Shown here: piece by piece, positions 18,080 through 25,623 of the stretch
Position numbering within the stretch: the stretch's first letter is position 1
Layout of the letters: the number at the start of each line of letters is the position of its first letter
NCBI RefSeq assembly: GCF_000007225.1
Contig: NC_003364.1
Location: 1,440,001 to 1,472,000 of the forward strand
Direction of reading: 5' to 3'
DNA length: 32,000 nt
From: Pyrobaculum aerophilum str. IM2
Lineage (GTDB): Archaea > Thermoproteota > Thermoprotei > Thermoproteales > Thermoproteaceae
The notes under the pieces: model-generated
Database searches by the model: none
What the model was told of the DNA's origin: nothing
What the model saw: the letters and a program-made list of their open reading frames with translations, nothing else
Made by a program: the position numbers and the translations under genes

Positions 18080-18415
18080 CCCCTTCCTCAACCACACTGC
18101 AATTCCAACATTGAGCAGTACGTCCCCTATCCCTTCGGGCGCCCCGGGGGACACGGGGCCCCAGGGCGCCGTTCGGCCCCCTGGGGCGGGCCGCGCCCGG
18201 GGCGTCGGCGACCCCCTCGGCGGGTTCTCCCCGCCTTCGGCCCGTTTGTAGGGGCTGCCCCGCCCTGCCCGGGGCGGGGTGGGGGGCGATAACTCCTTCA
18301 TGACTCTCTTTTGCACATCCCCCAATTTTGAACTTTTCTCTTTCAACTGTCTAAATACCGTGGCGTGGCAATGCACATTTTCCGGCGTTTTGGCGCCACT
18401 TTGTTTTGAGCCCAT
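18059..18415 (-). CDS. Hypothetical 118-aa ORF with a P/G/R-rich low-complexity core; coding status doubtful
   Basis: The internal ATG at 18415-18413 overlaps the tdk stop (TAATG). The middle 60 aa (SPPTPPRAGRGSPYKRAEGGENPPRGSPTPRARPAPGGRTAPWGPVSPGAPEG) are simply a translation of the GC island, where stop codons are rare by composition. Confidence 0.3.
   Translation of the reverse strand: MGSKQSGAKTPENVHCHATVFRQLKEKSSKLGDVQKRVMKELSPPTPPRAGRGSPYKRAEGGENPPRGSPTPRARPAPGGRTAPWGPVSPGAPEGIGDVLLNVGIAVWLRKGLVIIAE
18121..18288 (+). ncRNA. Candidate structured RNA or RNA element of unassigned family, in an extremely GC-rich island
   Basis: By hand count 28 of 168 nt are A/T, giving about 83% GC against 50-60% around it. 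18121-18133 can pair with 18276-18288 over 13 consecutive pairs, including 3 G-U pairs that work only on the + strand. Several GC hairpins are present (for example 18158-18170/18175-18187). No motifs of tRNA, RNase P, SRP RNA or C/D sRNA were recognised. Confidence 0.35.
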
Positions 18416-18972
18416 TATGGAGGAATTACATAATGACGTCTGCAACGGGCTTCGTACGACTCGTTCCCGCCGATTAAAATACGGGGGCTGTGTCTCGGCG
18501 CCGGGACTCCGTTTATTAGCCTCTGAGTTCTAGTTGCCGGCTTTCCGCATAGTTTGCAAACAGCGCTTAGCGAAATTACCCTATCTGCAAAGGCCATTGC
18601 CCTCGCAGTGGTCTCAAAGGGCTCTCCCCTGAAATCTAAGTTGAGCCCTGCCGCTATTACAATTCTGCCGTTGGCCAACTGGTTGAGCGCATCGGCTAAA
18701 TCCACGGGGAAGAATTGTATTTCGTCAACTGCCACAACGTCGTACTCAGCTCCCATTTTACGTATAATTTCAACGCCGTCTTTATCCGGCGGTATGACAA
18801 ACGCGTCGAATTTTAAGCCGTTGTGAGCCGCCACTTTAGAGGCATCGTACCTGACGTCTAATGACGGCTTGAAGACAATGGCCCTCCGCCCGGCGATTAC
18901 ATACCTCTCCACTCTCCTAATGAGCTCCGTGGTTTTCCCTGCGAACATGGGCCCCACAATAACAACAAGCAC
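18415..18972 (-). CDS. tdk: Thymidine kinase (TK1 type)
   Basis: P-loop VIVGPMFAGKTTELIRR, VAVDEIQFF, and C-terminal zinc motif CKLCGKPATRTQR...ARCRRHY. Confidence 0.9.
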   Translation of the reverse strand: MLVVIVGPMFAGKTTELIRRVERYVIAGRRAIVFKPSLDVRYDASKVAAHNGLKFDAFVIPPDKDGVEIIRKMGAEYDVVAVDEIQFFPVDLADALNQLANGRIVIAAGLNLDFRGEPFETTARAMAFADRVISLSAVCKLCGKPATRTQRLINGVPAPRHSPRILIGGNESYEARCRRHYVIPP

Positions 18973-18988
18973 GAATAAAGCGGAGTTT

Positions 18989-20128
18989 TTAATATAAAAT
19001 CAACAGATAGAATAGGAAAGACAGCGCTGTGAATATCACAGCCGCTCTCGCCAAAAGCCGGTATACCGACACTATATCGGACTTGTAGTACTCCCTAGTT
19101 AATACTAGACATGAATGGGCGGGGCTGAGCATTACTCCGAGAAAGCCGCCTGCAAATGCCAAGGCGAGGGAGGGGCCTTGAATAAGGGGGGCTATTGGAG
19201 GAAAGGCGAGGCTGGCGAAGGTAAACTCAACGCCCGTGGCCAGGCCGATGGCGAATGGAATTGTAAAAATAGCCACAGCGGAGAAGGCCCCCAGGCTTTC
19301 GGCAAACTCTCTGCTCAACCCGCTCTCCTTAATATATTCCGCGAACACCAGGGAGAAGATAATAATAGCCAGTATGCGGGGATTAAGGGCGTATTTTAAC
19401 GACTTGAGGATAAAATCCCCCGGCGTCTTCTTAATAATAACATAAGCCAAGTACGCCGAGGCCACCGCCAGAGGTAGCGGCAGCGCGAAAGACAGCAAAG
19501 CCACTGCCGCCAGAGGCCACAGAGTTATTAAATCCCGAGGCCTCCCGCTCGCCTCCACTCTCTTCACAAGGGGGAGGCCCACAGCAAGGCCTGAGGTAAG
19601 CGCGATTAAAGCCGCTGGCCACGACCACTCCACTACTTGCCAGACTGAGACTGAAAGGACGGCTGCTGTAATCAAGACCCCTTGGAAGAGGGGCCACACC
19701 GGTATCCAAATGTGGCGCATAAAATAGTTGATAAACGTCTTTTCGTGGCTTTTGAGCCCCATTTTCCCATAAAGGGGATCGGACACCACGGCGCTAATAT
19801 AAGCCCCGCCCGGCATGGGGAGTAGCCCTATGGCCGCTGGGATGGCGAAGGCGGCGGCCCTGGGACCTAGGGAGAGAAGGCCGCTTGCAACTTTCTCTCC
19901 CTCTTCTTTTATTAAATAGCCCAGCGCCATGGCGAAAATCAGCGACGTAATTACATACGCCATGGACTGGTTAAATGCCGATAGAGTAGCCGTTAAGAAT
20001 TTGGCGGGGCCCAACGCCGTGAGGCCGTATGCCAAGGCCCCCAGCGCTAGGGAAATAGAGACGTCAATTTTACGGGACAGGGTGGCTCCTATAATAAAAA
20101 GTACTACTATTAAAAAAGCCGGTAGCAT
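18989..20128 (-). CDS. DUF401-like polytopic membrane permease (ion-transporter superfamily)
   Basis: 379 aa with 10 or more TM segments. GLLPMPGGAYISA and the overall layout resemble the DUF401 / AF0261 family as I remember it. Confidence 0.5.
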   Translation of the reverse strand: MLPAFLIVVLFIIGATLSRKIDVSISLALGALAYGLTALGPAKFLTATLSAFNQSMAYVITSLIFAMALGYLIKEEGEKVASGLLSLGPRAAAFAIPAAIGLLPMPGGAYISAVVSDPLYGKMGLKSHEKTFINYFMRHIWIPVWPLFQGVLITAAVLSVSVWQVVEWSWPAALIALTSGLAVGLPLVKRVEASGRPRDLITLWPLAAVALLSFALPLPLAVASAYLAYVIIKKTPGDFILKSLKYALNPRILAIIIFSLVFAEYIKESGLSREFAESLGAFSAVAIFTIPFAIGLATGVEFTFASLAFPPIAPLIQGPSLALAFAGGFLGVMLSPAHSCLVLTREYYKSDIVSVYRLLARAAVIFTALSFLFYLLILY

Positions 20129-20134
20129 TAAAGG

Positions 20135-20302
20135 CTAGGCCTCGGCGGGTGAGGCGGTTTGAGAAGAGGCGTATAGCACCCTCCTCTTGTAGTTCCTAAT
20201 ATTCCTCCTACGAGGCGTCAAGTTTTTCCTCGGCTTTGCTGGTATCTTCGGCGTCTGGTTCCTGACTTTCCCGGCCTTTGTTAAGGATCCGTGTGATGGC
20301 AT
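20135..20302 (-). CDS. rps30e: 30S ribosomal protein S30e (eS30), 55 aa; below the ORF-track size cutoff
   Basis: Manual translation gives MPSHGSLTKAGKVRNQTPKIPAKPRKNLTPRRRNIRNYKRRVLYASSQTASPAEA followed by a stop. The GSLTKAGKVR.QTPK core is the eS30 signature. ATG is at 20302-20300 and TAG at 20137-20135, for 168 nt in total. Confidence 0.85.
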   Translation of the reverse strand: MPSHGSLTKAGKVRNQTPKIPAKPRKNLTPRRRNIRNYKRRVLYASSQTASPAEA

Positions 20303-20322
20303 AAAGTAGAAAAACGGGGGGA

Positions 20323-20335
20323 CTTATAAATTTTT
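20323..20335 (-). promoter_or_regulatory. TATA-like box (minus strand AAAAATTTATAAG), about 21 nt upstream of the rps30e ATG
   Basis: Strong TTTATAA core at the recurrent spacing. It overlaps the trmO stop. Confidence 0.5.
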
Positions 20336-20750
20336 AATCTGCCCACCAAGGCGTAGCCACAGAGGCAGGGCACCTTTTAGGCGAAAACCCCTTGATGTCT
20401 AATACAGGGGTCTCGTTGAACAAGTCAACTCCCTCGACGTATAAAATCCTGCCCTCCCTTTTCAGCAACCGGGCGATGGTAATGCCGATGGGATTGGGCC
20501 TGTCGGGGCTGTCGGTTGAGAAAACCCCCACCTCAGGAGCTCCCTCAATGCGTTTTGGCCTAACCACAAGGGGCCTCCCTCTGTGTTTGTGAAGGTGGGC
20601 TATAATAATGACGTGGCTGAATTCCTCAATGCCCCTTAAGCCCTCTTCATACTGCGGCAAAACCTCTATGACGGCGTCCACGGCCCTCCTCCTCACCTCG
20701 TCGTCGGGGTATTGATGTCTCACATAGCCAATGGGCTCAAAACACGGCAT
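20334..20750 (-). CDS. trmO: TrmO/YaeB (TsaA-like, UPF0066) SAM-dependent tRNA methyltransferase
   Basis: FEPIGYVRHQY, LRGIEEFSHVIIIAHLH, GVFSTDSPDRPNPIGITIARLL and TPVLDIKGF follow the YaeB/TrmO family pattern. Confidence 0.85.
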   Translation of the reverse strand: MPCFEPIGYVRHQYPDDEVRRRAVDAVIEVLPQYEEGLRGIEEFSHVIIIAHLHKHRGRPLVVRPKRIEGAPEVGVFSTDSPDRPNPIGITIARLLKREGRILYVEGVDLFNETPVLDIKGFSPKRCPASVATPWWAD

Positions 20751-20786
20751 ATAAGGATATTTAGGGGCAGTTATTAAGCGTTCCCC

Positions 20787-22052
20787 ATGACTGCAGACGC
20801 CGCGGTGGCCCTCTTACTAGCCGCATTGGTGGTAGGAGGGATGGTAGCCCGGCCGATATACCCAAAGCTACCCACTTGGTCGCTGATGTCCCTCGCCGCG
20901 TTTATCGCCGTGTTCCTCGGCCCCCTGACCGTAGACGACGTGCCCCGGGTTATAAACGTAGAGGTCGTGTTGTTTCTCGTCGGCATGTTCTCTATAGTAG
21001 CCTTGGCGGAGCTCAGCGGACTCCTAGACGCCTTTGCCTATTGGTTCGTCTCGTTATTTAAATCGAGGCTGTCCGTATACACAGCCTCTTCGTTATTATT
21101 CGGCTTGCTGTCCGCCTTTGCCGTAAACGACACAGTGGCTCTAATGGGCCCCCCAGTTGCCGCGGCAATTGCCAGAGCCTCTGGAATAGAGTATAGGCAC
21201 ATGTTTTTACTCCTAGCCTTCTCGCTCACAATAGGCTCTGTTATGACGCCAATTGGCAACCCTCAAAATATGTTAATAGCTGTGGAGTCTGGAATAAAGG
21301 CGCCGTTTATCACCTTCCTCTCCCGCCTCGCCATACCTACGTTGATAAACTTAATTATTACCCCCGTAGTCCTCTTTAAGATACTCGGCATTAAAAACGA
21401 AAGAGTCAGCTTTGTGGCGTTGCCCAAGGAGTTAATTAAAAACGGCAGAGACGCGGCGGTAGCGGCTGTGGTATTAATCGGCACTGTGGCGGCGATGGCG
21501 GCCAACGACCTGGCCGCCCTCTCCGGCCACCCCCATATTCACAACATAGGCTTTATCCCCTTTGTCGCCGCGTCGCTACTTTATTTCTTCGCCTCATCGC
21601 CCAGAGAGGTGTTAGCCAGAGTGGAGTGGGGCACTGTAATTTTCTTCCTCGCCATGTTTATAACCATGGAGGCCATATGGCGCGGAGGCATTTTACAGCC
21701 GATAATCTCCGCAGTACTGCCAACGTATACAGGTAGCGCCTACGATATATTAGCCATTACGGCCATATCCCTATTTTTGAGCCAAGTGTTGAGCAACGTG
21801 CCCTTTGTAAGCCTCTTTTCTACTTATTTACACAGCCTTGGAGTAACCGACCCTAAGGCGTGGCTTACATTAGCAATGGCGTCAACAATAGCGGGAAATT
21901 TGACGCTGTTGGGAGCCGCCTCAAACATAATAATATTAGAAGTGCTGGAGACTAGGTTCCACTCCACTATAACCTTCGCTCAATTTATAAAATACGGGTC
22001 GCTTATTACGGCGATAAACACTGCTATTTACCTCCCCTTTCTCCTCATTTAA
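20787..22052 (+). CDS. ArsB/NhaD-superfamily anion permease
   Basis: 421 aa, polytopic. TPIGNPQNMLIA and a second half repeating the motif context (GNLTLLGAASNIIIL) are typical of this superfamily. Confidence 0.65.
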   Translation: MTADAAVALLLAALVVGGMVARPIYPKLPTWSLMSLAAFIAVFLGPLTVDDVPRVINVEVVLFLVGMFSIVALAELSGLLDAFAYWFVSLFKSRLSVYTASSLLFGLLSAFAVNDTVALMGPPVAAAIARASGIEYRHMFLLLAFSLTIGSVMTPIGNPQNMLIAVESGIKAPFITFLSRLAIPTLINLIITPVVLFKILGIKNERVSFVALPKELIKNGRDAAVAAVVLIGTVAAMAANDLAALSGHPHIHNIGFIPFVAASLLYFFASSPREVLARVEWGTVIFFLAMFITMEAIWRGGILQPIISAVLPTYTGSAYDILAITAISLFLSQVLSNVPFVSLFSTYLHSLGVTDPKAWLTLAMASTIAGNLTLLGAASNIIILEVLETRFHSTITFAQFIKYGSLITAINTAIYLPFLLI

Positions 22053-22746
22053 GCGCCTCTTTTATGCTCTTTAGAAAAGAGAGAGCGCTATCAACGCTGT
22101 TTTGCAAGCGGCGCATAAACGCCGTTCCGACCACCACGCCGTCGGCGCCAGCCTCTATAAGCCTCGCGGCTTTTGAAGGGGAGTCAATGGCAAAACCTGC
22201 CACTATATACACATCTCCCGCGAGCTGTCTGATAATTTTCACGTTCCTCTCCACGTATACAGGCAGCTCCACACCAGTTGCCGCGTAGAGGCCGAGGTAT
22301 ATAAAATCCGGCTCTGCGGAGGTCAGCCGCTTTACTAGCCAGTGGGGGAACTTCCCCGGGACGAAAAACGCCGGCGCTAGGGCGTATTCCCTGGCGTATT
22401 TGAGGTACAGCTCAAGCTCCTCCGGGAAGTCTATTAATAAGTCCGGCGCCAAAACCCCCCTTGCTCTGATCTCGGCCGCCAGCGTGAAAAGACCATCTAG
22501 ATTTCCCCTATGCTCTTCCCAATACGTCATGATATAGGTCGGGGCCTGGGGCCGGAGCCACAGAGGCTCCCCCGCCTCTCTATGGGCCTTTCTTATAAAA
22601 GGACCGTCGTATTTTGGGTTTTTACTCGGCAATCCCAGCTCGAAGAAATCCGCTATCCCCTCCAGACCTCTAATGGCCTTCTCGTACGTGTCTTTACTCG
22701 GCCAGCTGGCCACGAGGTATACCCCGAGCCCAGGCTTGCTGAGCAT
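22045..22746 (-). CDS. trpA: Tryptophan synthase alpha chain (divergent)
   Basis: ELGLPSKNPKYDGPFIRKAHREA corresponds to E.G.PFSDP.ADGP.IQ. AGFAIDSP and GADGVVVGTAF are also present. Last gene of the trp string. Confidence 0.8.
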   Translation of the reverse strand: MLSKPGLGVYLVASWPSKDTYEKAIRGLEGIADFFELGLPSKNPKYDGPFIRKAHREAGEPLWLRPQAPTYIMTYWEEHRGNLDGLFTLAAEIRARGVLAPDLLIDFPEELELYLKYAREYALAPAFFVPGKFPHWLVKRLTSAEPDFIYLGLYAATGVELPVYVERNVKIIRQLAGDVYIVAGFAIDSPSKAARLIEAGADGVVVGTAFMRRLQNSVDSALSFLKSIKEALK

Positions 22747-22747
22747 A

Positions 22748-23326
22748 TTACGCCAAGTCTATGAAGTTTTTTATTATCCTCAGTCCGTATGGCGTTCCCA
22801 CAGACTCCGGGTGGAATTGCACGCCGAATGTGGAGTGTTCCACGTGCCTCACTCCCATAATCTCGCCGTCGTCGAGAGACACCGCCTCTACTTTTAAAAC
22901 CTCGGGCAAGTCGTCAATAACAAGGCTGTGATACCTCATGGCTCTAAAAACCTCGGGCACTCCCGCGTACAACACGCCGCCCATGTGGCGCACCTCGCTG
23001 GTTTTCCCGTGTTTAATCGTCCGGGCTTTGCGCACTCTTGCGCCGAATACCACGCCGATTATTTGGTGGCCCAGGCAGACTCCCAGTATTGGCACCCTTC
23101 CGGTGAACTCCCTAATTATATCGGGCGAGGCGCCTACGTCCCTCGGGTTTTCTGGGTGCCCCGGTCCCGGCGATATAATAATGCGATCTGGCCTAATCCT
23201 CTCCACGAGCTTCACCGACACCTCGTCGTTCCTCAAAACAATAGGCCTGCTGCCGGCCTCTGCCACGTAGTGGGCTATGTTATAGACAAAACTGTCGTAG
23301 TTGTCCACAATAAGCGTCAAGTCCAT
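22748..23326 (-). CDS. trpG: Anthranilate synthase component II (glutamine amidotransferase)
   Basis: GVCLGHQ catalytic Cys motif and VQFHPES. Confidence 0.9.
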   Translation of the reverse strand: MDLTLIVDNYDSFVYNIAHYVAEAGSRPIVLRNDEVSVKLVERIRPDRIIISPGPGHPENPRDVGASPDIIREFTGRVPILGVCLGHQIIGVVFGARVRKARTIKHGKTSEVRHMGGVLYAGVPEVFRAMRYHSLVIDDLPEVLKVEAVSLDDGEIMGVRHVEHSTFGVQFHPESVGTPYGLRIIKNFIDLA

Positions 23327-24585
23327 AGCCCCAGCGCCTCTTTTAACGCTTTAAGTTTTGCCTCAGTTTCCCGGAACTCCCTCTCGGGCGTTGAGTCATA
23401 CACCACCCCAGCCCCGGCTTGAAGTCTGAGTAGCCCGTCTTTAACAATGGCGGTTCTAATCACAATGGCGAATTCGGACATATTCGGCGAGAGGAAGCCA
23501 ACTGAGCCGGCATAATAACCCCTGGGCTCGTCTTCAAGCTCGGCGATTATCTCCATGGCCCTCACCTTGGGAGCCCCCGATACAGTGCCGGCGGGGTGTG
23601 TGGCAAATAACGCGTCTACTGGAGTGGCCTTTTTCTCGAGGACGCACAAAACCCGCGACACTATGTGTTGAACTCTGCTGTATTTCTCTACGGCGAATAA
23701 CTCGTCGACTTTTACAGTGCCGGGCCTGCAGACTCTGCCCAAGTCGTTGCGGGCGAGGTCCACTAACATATAGTGCTCTGCCAGCTCTTTCTCGTCTTGC
23801 AACATATCCTCCTCAAGGGCTAAGTCCTCTTCCTCAGTGGCCCCCCTCGGCCTTGTCCCAGCAATGGGGTGCGTCTCCGCCCTATCTCCCTGGACTTTTA
23901 CTAATAACTCAGGGGAAGTGCCCAAGAGGTACAGCCCCCTCCACTTTATAAAGTACATATAGGGAGAGGGGTTTATAGATGCCATGGAGGTGTAGAGGGA
24001 GAAGAGATCCCCATCCACCGCGAAATCCACATGCCGCGAGAGCACCACTTGGAATATCTCACCCTCTTCAATCCTCCTCTTCGCCTCCGCAACCCACCTC
24101 TTAAACGAACTGTCGTCAGTCCCAGCCACAGGCCCCCTCACGCGGGGCGAGTCGACTCCCCCGCTTTTTAGGGCCGGGAGCTCTCCGTAAATATAGGCGC
24201 GGCCTAGGAGTTTGTCGTACAAAACCCAGCCCTCTGGCTTTATGAAAAACGCCGCGGGGAGCGTCTTGTCGACCTTCCCGTAACGTAACAGCAATGGCTC
24301 TATATACGCAGAGGCGTCGTAAGAAACAGCCCCTATGACTACGTCGCCTCCAAACGGCGAGTTGAACTGTCTTATCTTCTTATACGCAGTATACGCCATT
24401 TTATATACGTCGGGCCCCCACGAGACGTATTTCTCAGCTACTCCCCACGCCACGAGAGTATATCTACTGCGTTCAGCGTAACCCATACCCGATTCTAACA
24501 ACGCCACGAACTCCTCCCCATCTGCGTAAAGCCCCCGCGCGAGGGCCCTGGGCTCAGGCAGTTTTGATAGGGGGACTTTTCTCAT
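23317..24585 (-). CDS. trpE: Anthranilate synthase component I
   Basis: LARNDLGRV, PIAGTRPRG and HPAGTVSGAPKVRAMEII chorismate-binding motifs. Overlaps trpG by 10 nt and trpD by 4 nt. Confidence 0.9.
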   Translation of the reverse strand: MRKVPLSKLPEPRALARGLYADGEEFVALLESGMGYAERSRYTLVAWGVAEKYVSWGPDVYKMAYTAYKKIRQFNSPFGGDVVIGAVSYDASAYIEPLLLRYGKVDKTLPAAFFIKPEGWVLYDKLLGRAYIYGELPALKSGGVDSPRVRGPVAGTDDSSFKRWVAEAKRRIEEGEIFQVVLSRHVDFAVDGDLFSLYTSMASINPSPYMYFIKWRGLYLLGTSPELLVKVQGDRAETHPIAGTRPRGATEEEDLALEEDMLQDEKELAEHYMLVDLARNDLGRVCRPGTVKVDELFAVEKYSRVQHIVSRVLCVLEKKATPVDALFATHPAGTVSGAPKVRAMEIIAELEDEPRGYYAGSVGFLSPNMSEFAIVIRTAIVKDGLLRLQAGAGVVYDSTPEREFRETEAKLKALKEALGLWT

Positions 24586-25583
24586 GTCTTAGAGGACTCA
24601 ACTGCCTCCATTAGTTTCCTATACGCCGCGCCTTCCCGTATGGTATTTATGGCGAGCTCGTAGCCGTCTTTCACGTCTTTCACAACCCCAGCGACGTATA
24701 GGGCAAAGGCGGCATTTACGGCGATGGCAATAGAAGCCTCTAATAGCTCGCCCCGAAGCCCCGCCAGGGCCTTAGCAACGGCCTCTTCTTTAGAAGACGC
24801 CCTGGGCAGTGGAACGCGGGGGGCGCCTAAGTCGCCGGGAGATATTGTATAACGCTCAGCCGCGCCCTTCCTTACTTCATAAACTACGGTCTCTCCCTCG
24901 GTGGTCACCTCGTCGACGCCAGAGCCGTGTACCACCACGGCGTGTTCAAAACCCAGCCGCGCCGCCGCCTCGGAGATCACATCTAGAAGGCGTGTTTCAG
25001 CAACGCCGATTAATTGCCTTTTCACCAGGCCGGGGTTGGCGAGGGGGCCAACGATGTTAAACACAGTGCGGAAGGGCAACTGCCTCCTCACGGGGGCCAC
25101 TCTGGCGAAGGCGGGGTGGTACTTAGGCGCGAAGACAAAGGCGAAGCCCACCTCTTCCACTAGACGCGCAGCTCTCTCAGGTCCGATCTCTAAATTGTAC
25201 CCCACCGCTTCCATAAAGTCCGCGCTTCCAAACATGCCAGAGGCGGACCTATTCCCGTGTTTTAACACCTTAGCGCCAGCGGCGGCGGCCACTATAGCTG
25301 CGGCGGTGGATAAGTTTATAGTCCCGGCGCCGTCGCCGCCTGTTCCCGCAGTATCTATGGCCTCTACAGTAAGGGGTACTCTCACTGCGAACTCTCTGGC
25401 CATTTTAACAAACCCGGCGACTTCCTCCGCGGTCTCCCCCCTTACTTTCATCGCTGTGAGAGAAGCCGCAATTTCCACCTCGCTTAGCGTCCCGGTGAGA
25501 ATCCCCTTGCCGAGGATATAAGCCTCATCGGCGTTTAAGCTCTGGCCGTGGCCGAGCTTTCTCAATAGGGCCCTTAAATCCAC
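24582..25583 (-). CDS. trpD: Anthranilate phosphoribosyltransferase
   Basis: DTAGTGGDGAGTINLSTAAA and KHGNRSASG motifs. GTG start. Confidence 0.9.
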   Translation of the reverse strand: MDLRALLRKLGHGQSLNADEAYILGKGILTGTLSEVEIAASLTAMKVRGETAEEVAGFVKMAREFAVRVPLTVEAIDTAGTGGDGAGTINLSTAAAIVAAAAGAKVLKHGNRSASGMFGSADFMEAVGYNLEIGPERAARLVEEVGFAFVFAPKYHPAFARVAPVRRQLPFRTVFNIVGPLANPGLVKRQLIGVAETRLLDVISEAAARLGFEHAVVVHGSGVDEVTTEGETVVYEVRKGAAERYTISPGDLGAPRVPLPRASSKEEAVAKALAGLRGELLEASIAIAVNAAFALYVAGVVKDVKDGYELAINTIREGAAYRKLMEAVESSKT

Positions 25584-25613
25584 CCCGAATGCATATACTC
25601 AAAAACGGACCTC

Positions 25614-25622
25614 TATATAAAA
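25614..25622 (-). promoter_or_regulatory. Possible internal TATA-like box (minus strand TTTTATATA) between trpB and trpD
   Basis: Lies 30 nt upstream of the trpD GTG and abuts the trpB stop. The spacing is longer than for other genes, so the call is weak. Confidence 0.3.
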
Positions 25623-25623
25623 T

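Noticed and set aside
18121-18288. Assignment of the GC island to SRP (7S) RNA, type-T RNase P RNA, or an intron-containing tRNA.
   Set aside because: The + strand has only 6 adenines. It has no GNAR-capped helix-6/8 motifs, no GAGGAAAGUCC, no T-loop (GTTCRANYC) and no acceptor-stem symmetry. The family is left unassigned rather than guessed.
24901-25521. Long + strand ORFs antisense to real genes: 24901..25521 (206 aa), 8059..8496 (145 aa), 22928..23422 (164 aa), 376..837, 5730..6143, 6408..6752 and 10595..10891.
   Set aside because: All lie fully inside, and opposite to, genes with clear family motifs. Their translations are S/T/P/A/R-rich low-complexity sequence with no recognisable motifs. 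Such shadow ORFs are expected in GC-rich coding DNA.
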